This document shows, piece by piece, positions 26,330 through 40,005 of a stretch of DNA of 64,000 nucleotides; position 1 is the stretch's first letter, and every line of letters starts with the position of its first letter. Under the pieces are notes generated by a model. It searched no databases. It saw only the letters and a program-made list of their open reading frames with translations, and was not told the DNA's origin. Source of the DNA: Bispira polyomma (lineage: Eukaryota); contig OZ287755.1 in NCBI GenBank assembly GCA_965649765.1, positions 52,390,001 through 52,454,000 of the forward strand, read 5' to 3'. The translations under genes were made by a program, and so were the position numbers.

Positions 26330-28080
26330 ATGTGATCATCCCTAATTATCATCAGAATTTTGGGGTTCTGAGAGCCAGATACGACAAATCAAGGACCATG
26401 CCATTTAGTCCAAACCACTGTTTACAGTCAAAAAGGAAACCATGGTCATTGGTATCAAAAGCTGCTGATAGATCTAGAAAGATGAGGGCTAGAGTTTAAT
26501 GAATGTTCATGCCATTACTGATGGAAAATAGGGCACTTACAAGGTTTTTGTGTTAAGATGGTAGGAGTTTTGTTTTGCAACAGCTTTCTCAATTAGTTTA
26601 GAGACAAAGCTGAGGTTTGTTACAGATCTATTGTTTTTAGTTTGTTTTATCAACACCTGATTTAATAATAATGGGGCAACACAATTGCTTTTGAAACAAG
26701 AGGGGGCAATACCTGAATATCCGGACATTTTGTGAGAATAGTGGCAAGAATAAACTCCAGTTGACAGGATTTAATACACAAGCGTTTTATAAGTTAGACA
26801 AATCATTCTCAGAAAGCGTGTGGAAATAAAGTAGATCAGAACTTTGTAGCCTGGGGGATGGTGGGCAGAACTCAGATATAGTTGAAAATCTATCCAGGTT
26901 TTGGTTATTCATCAGTAAAATAAATTCCAAATTTATCTGCTAAAAATGTGAGGCAGTGATTATCAGACAAAACTTCGTTAGGTGTACGGTGGAGTATTTT
27001 ATTAAGTTTTTAGGACTGTGTGAGTTATCTTTGAAAATGAAGTTGTAAAGCTCTTTCATGGCTTTAGTCATCAATATATTGAAGTGGTTTGGAGCAATGG
27101 TTATTCATAATTTTGTCAAAGTTAATTTTTCAAATGTTACAGTATTTAATTGCATAATGTTTCTGTGACACAGGTTTGGGCAATGTGATATAAGTAAAAG
27201 GTGACAAGATCGTATTACAACTCTGATAATCACAACTACATGTAATTTAGTGTGTTAGAATGATGTAGACAAACATTTGAAGAACAGGACATGACAAGAA
27301 GACTGTTCTGAATATTTATAATACACACTCTAGCACCACTTGACATCAATCAATTTGTTTGATTGTGGGTATATTCTGTCATATATTGCACAGCAATGAT
27401 CACGTCAAGGATTTGATTAAGGGATAGATGGGACTATATCTAAACTGTGTGAATTTAAAAGTACTATAGATGCTGATAAAATGCTTGGTTAAAATGATTG
27501 GGTTACTTTGATGTTAAAATCACCTACAATTGGGGTTCGATGGACAGACAAATCGGGAATTATTAAAATCGATTGGAAATTTCACAGGTAATATTTTCAA
27601 AGGATAAAGAGGTCTCTAAAAGGAAAATGTTGCAAGGTTTTGCCACTTCCTTGCCTATCAGGCCTAGAAGAGTGAAGCAAATTGTAGCCAGAAGGCGTTA
27701 TTTCAGAAACGAATGATGATGTGTTTTTTCAGCTCAGCCAACTATCGCACATGCAGGCTACATCAAGGTCATGAGTATTAATAACATTATTGACCGATGG
27801 AACCTGGTTGCAAATTGATTTGGCATTAAAAGTACCTTTTTTCTATTTTGAATTTGTTTGAGTGCTGCCCAAGGTTGATTAAGATATCTCCACAAAGTGC
27901 AGTAAGTAATGACATCCATTGATTTTTAAGACAAGGCTTTAGGACGATGGTGTTAGTGGATTTTAAACATAGAAAAGCAGTATTCATGTTATCGAAAGAG
28001 GAAGGGCCTGCATATTTTATTCTAGATACGATAATGTTGGTGACAAGTGAGAGTAGAAATCCAAAAGGTAAAAACAGTGA
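26330..28080 (-). mobile_element. L2/CR1 LINE fragments (EN and RT) upstream of V4
   Basis: NRSVTNLSFVSKLIEKAV, FLDLSAAFDT, HDLDVAC motifs on minus strand. Confidence 0.75.
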
Positions 28081-28921
28081 TGTAAATAACTCAAATTAAT
28101 GGAAAAGAGAAACGGTGAAACCGAAAAACGAATGTGAAAAATAGGGAATGTGAGTATTAATATATATAAAAAAAAACATTTTTTAAATATGATGGCCTTA
28201 ATTTACTGGATTAGTATATATAGATTAATTCAGATGTTTTATAACATTTTCATATGAATATTGTATTCATCAATAAATTATATTCCAATTCTAAAACTGT
28301 CATTCGTGACATGACCTATATGAGATATAAAATGTTTTGAAAGCAACATTAAACCCCAATCAATCAAATTATTTGCAATTAACAAAACAAAACACATGAA
28401 AACTAGAGTGAGAAGCATAACTAATTATATTATTAAAATCAATTGTTATATCTTCAAGAATACACCATATAAGGAGCAGAATCAGAGTCAAATTGTTGGC
28501 TTAGTGGTAAGGCCGAGCACTGTTAGGGTTACGTGTATTGGTGGACTTAAAGCAAATTACAGGCCATCTGTAATGTACTACTTCTACAATTTAATGTGTT
28601 GTATTAGGTTAAAGTATTTAAGGTTTGGTTTGTGCCTAAACTTTTGTAACCCAATAAAAAAACTATGGTTTGTCAACCGTCACACAGAAGCAAACCTAGA
28701 TATGTTGGAATATTAGATTTGCAATTAACGGTGGCAATATTTGAATATTGAAAAAGCTATTGTCGTATTATGAGATTAGTAGCTAGAAATGTCTTTACTT
28801 TTTTTCTAGCAACTGTCATTTGTGTAATGCACAGTGAGATTCGGTGTAAAAGAAAACAAAAAAAAAACACTAAGAATAGTAGAATTTCCAGCAAAATTCT
28901 GTAAACTACATCCACAATTCT

Positions 28922-29174
28922 GGGCGACTATTCCTCTAAACTCACCAGAGTGGTTATATTAGCCAATCAAAGGTCACTGAGTGCCGGTAATGGGTAGCTG
29001 ATCCTGCTCCAGAAACCAATATTCACATTCGTTGGCTAATTAGGGATGTTCAGTGATCAACTAGTCCACGTCATCAGCTTCGGGGAAAATGAGAAGATGT
29101 TTAAAAATTGATATTTAGTATCACCTCATGCATTGCTGACTTGTCCATCAACTCACCCACAACTGGAAGACACT
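28922..29174 (+). promoter_or_regulatory. Putative promoter/5'UTR module of V4
   Basis: Diverged copy retaining AAAGGTCA 28969-28976 and CTAATTAG 29036-29043. Confidence 0.45.
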
Positions 29175-29482
29175 ATGGGCTTTACTTGGGCATTTCTGAA
29201 TTTTCTAGTCATTGGCTTGGTTTTTGGACTTCAATCCATTGTCACACACAACACATCAGTGTGTCTGGAAAACATTCATGTTTTTGACACTTTGGAGTTT
29301 CCAGAGACTTTAAACTATTTGCTGACAGTGCCTAAAGATCCAGGTACCATAAGGATCTTGTTGTCTTTGAATTCCAATAAGCGGAGATGGAGTCCTTCAT
29401 CATATGAATACTCTGGTTCTGCAATGACCATGGCATATGATGCATTTTGTCAACTCGGACGATTTGGAAACCAATCATTTGA
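29175..29482 (+). CDS. Variable first coding exon V4
   Basis: actATGg; MGFTWAFLNFLVIGLVFG...YEYSGSAMTMAY...NQSF GA|gtaagt; 308 nt, phase 2; 85/103 residues identical to V3 by hand count. Confidence 0.85.
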
Positions 29483-31567
29483 GTAAGTATTTTCTTGCTG
29501 GTGCATTATTTTTAGTGAAAAGTAAAAAATTTAGCTTGTGGAAAATAGATCGATTAAATATGAAGTGGTTTTTGTTATTGCCATACCATTATTACGAAAC
29601 ATACTTGTCCTATTCTAATATTGTTTTAATTGTTTTCCAGTAGTCAATATGTGCATCACTCAAATAGAAGAACATATGTAAAAACTATTAGCACACTAGA
29701 AAAGGTTTAAAGAACCTTGTGGATGTTGATTGTTGGGGAAGGTAAATGTCCTTGCCGATTATGCTTGTGTAATCAAGGAATAGTCGATGGGTGCTTTGAA
29801 TCCCTGTGAGAAAAACTCTCCTGTGTCTATTCTTAAATATTATTGATACCAATATTAATTAATTATTGTTAATTCTCTATTTTATTAAATGGGGCGTAGT
29901 GGTTTTCGGGTAAGCATTTGCATTGCAATTACCTGCTAATAACTCATTGGAACATATGATCTCACTGGTTCCTTCAATGCAGGTATTGGTTACTCGACGT
30001 AGTCTGGTAGAACAGTTCAAATAGAGACTTATATATAGTACTGGTTTCCTTTTGTGTTATGTCATCTAAGTTTGTTAAAGTGACTTTAAAACATAAACTC
30101 AAACTTATCCTCTATTAAGGCATTCAATTGTATTAAATGTCACCAAAAACCAAAGTTTTTTTAGTACATATGTAACATGGAAGAATGACTTGCAGTAGTT
30201 TAAATTAGATGAAATGCTAGAAACCAAACGTTTTCCAATTTATTTGTCTCCAATTTATTTTGTGTGTGGAGATAAGTAAGTGACTTCCAGTTACAGATAT
30301 AAATCTCAGTAATGCTTTTGCATCTTCAAAGCTCACCGCTTAGTCTTACGTTTACTTTGGATAATTTTAATATTACCAGCATTTGTCTACAAAAGCAAAT
30401 GGCTGCGTATGTGTTGTATTATTTATGCCACAACTCTAAACATTCTTAAACATGTTGAGGATGATTCATGGTATACTTAGGATATGCTTCCATTGTTGTC
30501 AGTGTTCAGACATCTTTTAAAAGAAATTTGAAAGTTCCTTATTTTTAAACCTGGTCAAAGTTATCTTTCCAATAGCTCAATGACTGTCAGGCATTAATGC
30601 AGTTATTGTTATTTGTAGATCAAAAAAAGGTGTAGAAATCACAACAAGACTTAAACTCTTGTTTTAAGCTACAATGCCAGCAATTTTGGGGGTTACTTTT
30701 AGATACCATTTATGATGTCAGGTTATACTTTTTTTTTGGTTTCCTTTAAGAATAAAACTATCCTCGACTTAAAACTATTTGGTGAATTATTTGGTGAACT
30801 ATTAATGAACATCATTATCAGTAAGCAGGACATTACTTACTATATTTACCATACCAATACTTGGTCTACAGTTAAATGTGTGTCTGGATTTATGTAATAT
30901 ACGGGCGTCTGATGTAAATGTGTGTAGGTTGATGGTGTAATATCGCCTCTATTGAGATCTCATCTGACATTACAATTGACACCCCAAGCCTTGGTTCTTC
31001 CAATTACTCAGTCTCAGGTCCCTCAGAACGCATATTAGCCATGCTGTTACGGCGCAAAAACTAACACCCATCAGTAGCCAAGTACCCATTTATACACCTG
31101 GCCGGGTTGAGAGGGACAACTTTGTGTAAGTACCTTGTCCAAGGGTATAATCTCCAGGCCAGCAGCGAGGATCGAACCTGGATCCCTCAGATCCGAAGTC
31201 AGACACTCACACTACTGGGCGAAAGAGACTAACATGTCATTATATTTAAAACTTATCAAAATGTTTACACACTAGACTGCTGAACAGCTACCAACATCGT
31301 CACTAAATGTCACAAAACATTACAATCGACTACCGCTTTATGGAAATTACATCACTTCGATACAATACTACCACGTTTTCAGTGTATATTGCTTAGGTAC
31401 GTTGGGGGACGTTAGCACGTGTAGGTGTGACCAGGCCATAAAGCAGTGACTTGTATAACTTCACTGTAAATGGGGAAATGTATGCATTAAGGAAGGAAAT
31501 CCCTCTTCCTGACACACCAATACCAGCTGTTTATACAGACATTTATCTGGTCTGCATAAACATTTTA

Positions 31568-31780
31568 AGGGACACGGTGGCCCAGTGACTAAAAGTGTAT
31601 GCTTCGCAATGATTGGCCTCCGACAAATGTGGGCTCGAAACCTGGTTGTTCCCTAATGTGAGAATATCTGTCAGGTACTTGCTATAGTTTAAAAAGCAGT
31701 GGTTTCTCCACTGTCAAATCAGGTCGTTGTGATATGACGTAAGCTGTAGGAAATGAGATAAAGCCTTTTCAAATGCAAAC
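31568..31780 (+). mobile_element. Older SINE related to family A (further copies ~37880-38070, ~41400-41580, ~50770-50990)
   Basis: Shared cacaatcactggcctctcaccaatgtgggttcgaatc...caggtacttgc...ggtttc-like core, diverged. Confidence 0.65.
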
Positions 31781-33289
31781 CCATTTTTAGGGATAAAGCT
31801 TTAATAACATGTTTAAAATAATACATATTCTGTGGTTGTTAGAAGTAATCCTTGAACATAAATTTATTTTCAGTTTGAAATTGTTTTTAACAACCGTGTG
31901 AGTTTCACCTACTCTAGTTTTTGACCTAAATGGGGCTACGACCCAGTTATGTTTTCAATAAATTGGCAAGTGGAAAACTATTTTTGGCATCTGTTTTCCT
32001 GTGCTTGTGGATTTGAAATTTCTCACTGATAACATTCTTTGCTTGGCAATTCCTTAAAAAAATGGGGGGAAACAACAACAGCTTGCAAGAAAGAACATAG
32101 ATGTGTTAATACAAATAAATATCAAAATAATTAAAATTTTCTACACTTTTGAAATTACCAACATTTATATGTCTGAGTCCTATTTTATTTTGACCAGTGT
32201 ACTTGTATAGCTGGCCAGGGCTCTGAGTATATTACTACAAAAGTAAACAACTGTGATGGATTGAAATGGCCAGTTTATTAAGCTGCCAATATTAACACTG
32301 GTTGTATACACAATTAAAAGATATTTTAAATATACACACACAATATATACAATGAGTTATATATATACATTCTTTAATACTATTTAAATCATTTAGGTGG
32401 GGGAGACCAGACATTAAAAATGTAAGTGCACACTGCTTTGAAAACATTGAAAAATTCTTAGTAAGAATATATTAGTTATGGGGTAAAAATAGTCGTTTTG
32501 GTTCTGAGGTTGCACTAGCTTGTTGACAAACATGTTGACCAACAGATGACAAGCGATGAACGAGTGGCTTGTTGTGTGTGAGGAGGGGGGGGGGGAGGGG
32601 CATGCTCTATGGTTATTACAGTACAACAAAGGCGTAGCTTGAAGAACCTCTCCATGTTGTTTTCGTGATTTTTTTACAGGCTTTTCAAGATTAGTCAATT
32701 AGTGATTTCGATGGTTGTAGGATTTGGGTATGGTTTTGTCTTGATGTCTTGTAATTAACACTCTTTCCTTTATTACAATGGCCAGGTGGGGTCATCAAGT
32801 ACAGGAAAAGTGCCCGTAAAAGAATAGTGTGGCTAATGGAACCCATGGGGTGAGGGGGGGTCATATTCATGGATGACCAGATAAAGGATGCTCTAGCCTT
32901 TCTCCGTCTTTAAAAAGGGCAATATGCCCCCAACTGGTCAAAAATTGAAATGTTTGTGGTTAAATTGTTAACAAAAACACTTTGCACATAGTGATCACGG
33001 TCACATTATAACCAGTCTAGTGCATCAAGATAAAATGTGTTTCAACAGCCAATGAAATATAGTTTAGGGTATGTTCATAATGTTTTAAAATAAAAAAAAT
33101 TTTCTTTTAAAAAGAAAAACATGTGTTTATTTAGCTCAGTCGATATTGGAAAAACATAATGGCAGCTTTACCCACTTCTAGAAGATATCTTCTAATAAAA
33201 ACCATCTCAATGTCTTACTATCTTGGTATAAAGTCTGTAGTAAGTATTTAGAGAGTCAGGAAAGGCTAAGAGCAAACGGTTTGAGTTAC

Positions 33290-33570
33290 TGTCAGGAAAC
33301 CTGAATGAAGAGAAATGCATTTGTTCTGAATACAATCTTCTGTCATTTTGGTCAAAACAAAATCCTAAAATTACCAAGAAAAGGTAGCTAAAGCTTGGAA
33401 GGAATACTGAATGAAGAAAAATAAATTCTGAAATTCTCATTTTGGTCAAAAACAAAAGCTAAAATTACTGACAAAAACGCTAAAGCTCAGAAGAAATACT
33501 GAATGAAGAGAAATGGATTCTGAAAACAGTCTTCTGTAATTTTGGTTAAAACAATAGCTAAAATTAGAAA
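33290..33570 (+). repeat. Degenerate tandem repeat (ctgaatgaagagaaat...ttttggtcaaaac...gctaaa)
   Basis: Three ~95-105-bp diverged copies. Confidence 0.65.
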
Positions 33571-36500
33571 TGAACTTTTGTTTGTCCCTTGCTAATCTCC
33601 CTGTTCTCTTCCGTGGGGTATTGACAGTTATGTATATATTGGGAGAGAAACAGGTCAACAACATTGTAGTAATTGTGACCCAGTAAACAAATATCCATCG
33701 GCCATTAAAACTTTGTTTACTTTCTCAAATAACTCACCTTATCCCTTATTTCGAATTACCTTCAAAACCTAAACATCCCACCCAAACCTACATGAAGTTA
33801 TTTCTGTGGGGAAAAAAAGACCATTCTTACTACAAAGTTTCTTTATTTTACATCACCATTCAGCCAAACAACTAGAGAGCTTTACAAGCACAAACAGAGA
33901 TTTAACTCAATTAAAGGCTATATGTATTTCCTTTATATATAAATAACAAAAGCTTGTAATCATTCATTTTAATAGCACTGCCAGCACTAAATAGTATATT
34001 CAGAAATTCCCAACAGAAATGGAGAATTCAAAACACAGTATGCAGAATGGGCTTTGGAATATTTAGGGAGATTTTAGATTTGTGCTGGAGCTCTTTGTGT
34101 TTTTATACATACAAACCTGGAGGTCCAGGCACTCAAGTTGTGGACACAATAGAACAGATATCCATATATGGATGAGTGAGCATCTGTTCTAGCAGTAAAG
34201 TGTATAATCTGACAATTTCCTTGTCCTGCTGTGATGATCTGCTGTTTATTTACTGCTGTTTCCCATTAGGGGAGGGAGAATGGGGGGTAAATTTTGTTAA
34301 ATGTTGTTCGCTTTATAATTCTTTTTTTAAAGCCTGGTCACACCTATACGTGCTGAAGCTACTTGTGTGCGTGTGTGACGTTTTTAACTGTTTTGAGACC
34401 TAGTATAAACGTAGTAGATAGTAATGCCCCTGTCACGTTCATTCTGTGACGTTGCTTAACGGATGATATCTTGCCAGAAACATCTCCGTTTAGTCCACTT
34501 CCACGATTATTTCAAACCTTGAGGATGTCTCCACTCATCTGTATAAGTAGCAGTAAGTAGCAGTAAGTAGTGATTTCGTCTCCACTCATCTGAATTCGTT
34601 GCGGAGTGTTTCACTAAGTGGCAGAATGTAGTAGCAGTAGTAATATAGTAGTGATATCCCACTAGTAAAGTCTTCATTTTTTGCCTCCGCTCTGTGTGTA
34701 AAAGTACCAACTACCACATCTTCAGTTTATATTGATTTGCCACGTTGTGGGACGTTGGTATGTGTAGGTGTGACCAGGCCATTACCCAGCTTCTATCAAG
34801 TCCACAAAAACAGACAGCTGAGAAGAATTATTGTTAGACTAGTTATCGTTGTTAGTTTATTGTTGTTCCAAGTCACAGAACACTGGTTTGTGAGGCCAGG
34901 AGGCGACAGAATAAACACATTTTCTCGAGGCCCCGTAACGCTTTCCTACCCTAGCATTCATCTGCTGGTCAGGACTGAACTCTGATCACGAACCTTTTTC
35001 CGTCTACCCGACTATCATTTGCACACTTATTAGGATATCCACCACAGAGGATGCCTGGTCATCGATTGTGGCACTATAGAAGTAAATTACATTACATTAC
35101 ATTGATGGGACGTATCACAGTAGCATTAGTTGAAAAAGGCTATTTTCAACAAGAAAAACTTTTTACAAAATGTAAAATCTAACACAGATTCAAAACATAT
35201 TTGTTTAACATGTATTCCCTCCCTTAGCTGTCTCCTGAGTATCAGGTGATCTTTTGATGTCAACTGTTCCTGTTTCATGAATTGTGATTTTTGGATTTTA
35301 AATATTATTTTTGTAGAATTAATAACAATAGTCAATATCTATTTACACAGTTCCTGTTTGTCAAAACAGCTCAGCTTTAAAGAAAGAAATCAAACTCTTC
35401 AACCAAAGTTGTCTCATGTTAAACATAATAACTGATACATAATATGGCAGAAAAACATCATCCAAAAAGGAAACCTGTAACAAGAAATGGTGCCTGAACT
35501 ATGGGCTAGATTAGATATAAATGAAGGTAACTCTTTGTCTAGATTTCTGTTTTGATCCCATGCAGTATCTCCGAACCGGCGCTAAATGCTTGTCCGGGGA
35601 TGGGTTAACGTCCAGACCATGGATGTTTGTGTTTACGTTGATTGTCGTGTTTGTACACAATAATAACATATTTTTACACTTATTTTTTCTGTCATTTTTC
35701 TGGTGATCACTGATTCTGGATTTTGGAAAATATTTTGAGACTACCGTTGTTGACTATGTCTCTGGACGTGTGCATTGGGCACTGTTTACAGATTATTAGG
35801 TGCTAAAGAAACTAATACAAATTGCTAATTTTAGTCTCTTTAAGGTAAAGAATACCTTTAAAGAATACCTCTTTAAGGTAAAGAATACCTACAAAGTTTA
35901 CAAATTCTTTTACTAAAATATATTTCAACTCACTCTCTTTCCGGTTTTGCCACTTTTTAATTTGTTTGTAGTTGATAACATGACCATGCTACGGCTCACA
36001 ACAACAGAATATCAGGTGGTCGGCGGGAAGACAGTACCTAGTGCAAACTTCCTTTTACGTACTTCCTGGTTCCTGAAGGTTGCTTTGAGTGTTATCATGT
36101 AATATTGCTTTTAACTAGTGTGTGGCACAGACGTTTTAAACTCGTATGATTTTTACCTGATGTCTGTTTTCAAAGCCAGTTTCAGTGCATCCAGTTAACT
36201 GATTGTTGCCTTGATGTGATGTGCCTTGGCATTTATGTAAGAATATGTGCTGTTTTTAGTTTAGTCACAGTGGGTCGTTAAGTAAGACGTATATACACAG
36301 ATCTGTTTTTCTGTAATTCCCAGCAAGAACAGATAGGAAATTAGTGTCGAAACATTCTTCTTCTGTCCAGTCCTAATCCCCCATGCATCCAAGAAATTCC
36401 ATGTAAATTGGGTTTAAAGAGTTGTTGGGTGTACTGTTATTGTATTGTATTATGCATTTTTAACACACGTTATTGGTACAGGGTATCGTCCAAAGTGCAA

Positions 36501-39500
36501 CAAAAGAATTAAAGAACCAAAAAGTTAAAAACCAAATTAGACAAGATCGTAAGGAAGGATGTGGTAGTGTACAGGGAGGGAATTCAAGGAGATACGCAAG
36601 TTTGAAGAGGTAGGTTTGAAGTTTTGTCCCAAACCCAGAAAGTATTTTAAGTGATCAGCGCTAAACTGGGAAACTATTGCATAACACCAGCGCAGCAATA
36701 GAGAAAGCTCTAGATCCAGCTCTATTGGTAGGTTTTTTTAGAGGAGACGGAAAGTCACATTTCCCTTCTTAAGGTTGTCAAAAGAAAAGTGGAACAACAA
36801 GGTAGGAAGACTTCTTCTGAGACAACAGCTTTGACAGTGGAAATATTAGTCAAAAACTAACGAACCAATGGACACACTGCCAAAACATTATCTTCTTGGT
36901 TTAATTAATTAACAACTTCAAAAACAAATGAGCACATCAGAGTGACTTTGGCTGACTGGACTCTTTATTGAGCAAGTTGACCAGTGCAAGAGACTAAAAC
37001 AAAAATAAAGTAGAGAACGTGCAGAAAAACATAACCACTGAGTCCATAAGGTCAAGGTTATCTTTGATTGTGAGCAACAAAATCGTGCGGGTTATTTTTA
37101 CCTGAGTTGTCAATTCAGCTATTGAATGGGTGTGTGTCGCATCAAAAATACAACCCTTTGAACTGCTTGAACTTTAATATTCTATAAGTGACAACTCACT
37201 CATTACCAAAAGAACAAATTATAGTTTTACTTAATTTTGTTTGTGCTATACCTAACTACACAAAAAACAAATGTATATATTGTTTCTACCTTAATAAATG
37301 TATGTAGTTTGTCAAACTCAGAGATTACATTCCACCCTCTGTACTGGACTATGTATTTTCTCCATTTTCAATTATTTTCACAAAATACATGCAATAAAAA
37401 GATAAAATTGCAACTTTTGTCTGCTTAAATAACAAACAAAAATACAACCCATTATTCTCTTCCTCATAAATCTCTGTTCTTGCATTGATGGCCATCATAA
37501 AACCCAGATGATTTATGGATGTAACAGTATGCCATCATAAACTCTGTTAAGCAGTGATTGCACCTGTCCAACTCTATTCATGTTAAATAGTTATTGCAGA
37601 GACAGTGGGAAGTTAATTGTATAGTATAGTGTGCTTAACACCAAAATAATGGACACTATTACTGGTAGTGTAAATTAGAGAATTGAACCATACTACAAAG
37701 TCATAATGATGAGTTAAATCAAGAAGAATTGTTGTTTACATCAATAGTTAACGAGAACAATTTAAATTAGGGAAAGATTGTCTTGTGGACCAGATATATT
37801 AATCTAATCAGATAAAAGAGATATCACCTGTTAATTATCATTTCAACTGTAGGTTAATATTCAGACATATTTACATAGCCACACAATCACTAGCCTCTTA
37901 CCAATGTGGGTTTGAATCCCCATTCGTTCCTTTATGTGGGAAAGTTTGCCAGGTACTTGCCGCAGGTTGGTGGTTTACAGCACTTCAGCACTGGTTTCTT
38001 CCACCATTGAATCTGGCCGTGACCATGTGACCTAATCGACATAAAATCGACATAAAACCTAACTAAATTTAATAAACAATAGCATGTTTACATCTTGCCC
38101 AAGCATGTTATGCCTATTGATTTTTATGGTGTTACCTGGGGACCTTCTGATCAGCTGACCAACTCCACGGCCACGAGTCGAAACAGTCACATTTTGAACA
38201 ATAAAAACTAAGTCCCACTGGGCCACAATAATGTTTTATGGTATCAAATACTCTAATACTTTATGTATTATTGCTTGTATATTTTGACTCTCTCACAAGC
38301 CATACTTAGCTGGATGTGTATTTACAAGGTGAGAGTATATATCTGTCTACTCTAAATTCTTATGTTATCACCAGATTGCACAGATGTGTATAGACATTGT
38401 ATTTCAATTGATCGGATACATGTGACATAACCTTTAAACCTTCTTGCTAAAGCTTGCCATAAACAGTTTCCCAGAACTTTGTGAGTGGCCACACATCTAA
38501 ACACCAAACAATGCTGAATTTAATGACACTATTTTTATTACCTGTGTTCCGTTGTTCAGAGTGAGAACACTGACTCTGCAATTTACTTCATAAAAAGGTG
38601 TTACAGAACAAATATATGGGCAAAGAGTCAGTAACTGTTCTAGTGAAACATTTAACACACAGTCAGGATGAAGTAAAACTTGTACTCGGACTTCCTCATT
38701 TATTTATTTTCCATCTATCTTAATTCCTTTTCAACCTTCCCTACTTGGTTTCCCCTTTCAAACCTTTTTTTTTTTATTTCTAGCTTCACCAACTTGATTA
38801 TTCTTAACTTGACTTTTGACGTGGGACTGAAGTAAAACCTGTTTATATACTGTATAAAGTAAAACTTTTAGCTGAATGAAAATTGCAGTAATTTAAAAAA
38901 AAATTTTAAAAAATTCACGGCATATTATTTTTACTGCTTGCCGCTTTAACAAAATGATTGATTAATTAAAAATTAAAATTTTATCGGTGAATAATTTTCA
39001 CTAAGCAAGCACATTTACTAAAACAGTTAAAATTACATTATCACAACTACATTGTCTTGGGCAGTCTTCAGCATGAGGAAGTTTATCTTGCTTTTTTCTA
39101 ACATCTGTGAATGTAAACTTGATAAAGATATTAATGGGGGGATATGGTGTAGATAATCATAATGCAAACATGCTGGACCAACTTACGATTGTCACGTGTC
39201 ATTTTGCATGTCCTCAAGCTCATCATAATTTGATCAACACAGAATCTGAGATGTTAGAACATGAGTTTTACCTTGTACAACATAATCATATTTGTGATAG
39301 ATCAGTTTAAATGATTATCAATACATAGTTTTACTAAACTGCAATTTGCAGCGAGCCAAACATATTGACAAATTGTCTCAGCAGCTTGTGTCATGGACAC
39401 TGAAGGTTGTTCGCTACCATTTTTTCCCCAAAAAATAAATTTCAAAATTTTTTCATGAAAATTGCAGAAAATGAGCTTTATTAAATTGTCTATTGGGAAT

Positions 39501-39947
39501 GAGCTGTCATTTTGCCTTTTTATGAGCCACTCTGCTATAAATATTATGTTTATCTCCAGTAATATTCCAGATGTTTCCTATTATTTCAATAGAAACAAAA
39601 GGTTTTGGGCCCCAAAAATTCTAAACAAACTGAGATTTTGAAAAATTTAGCACGGTGACCTCCTGTTTTTTTTCTCATATTTAGTTAGAGTTTATAATTT
39701 ACCACAACTGGGGAGAAATAAATAAAATTATGTGGGGTGAAAATTCTTTTTTTTTTAAAGTACCTTTTCATGGAATTTTTTCTTCCTAAAACAGGCTTTT
39801 CCATTGAAAACAATAGGCAAATAAATGAAAATACATACCACATTCAAAGCTCTATAGCTTTTGAAAGAGCCTGGTGTGACATAGTTTTTTGTTCAACATA
39901 TTAATGAAGCTTTTCATAAAAAAAAAATTTTGACAACCTTAATAGCA

Positions 39948-39969
39948 TATATATATATATATATATATA

Positions 39970-40002
<33 letters not shown>
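39948..40002. repeat. (TA)n microsatellite (others at 54768-54800 and a compound TA/CT/GT tract at 58967-59046)
   Basis: Direct inspection. Confidence 0.95.
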
Positions 40003-40005
<3 letters not shown>

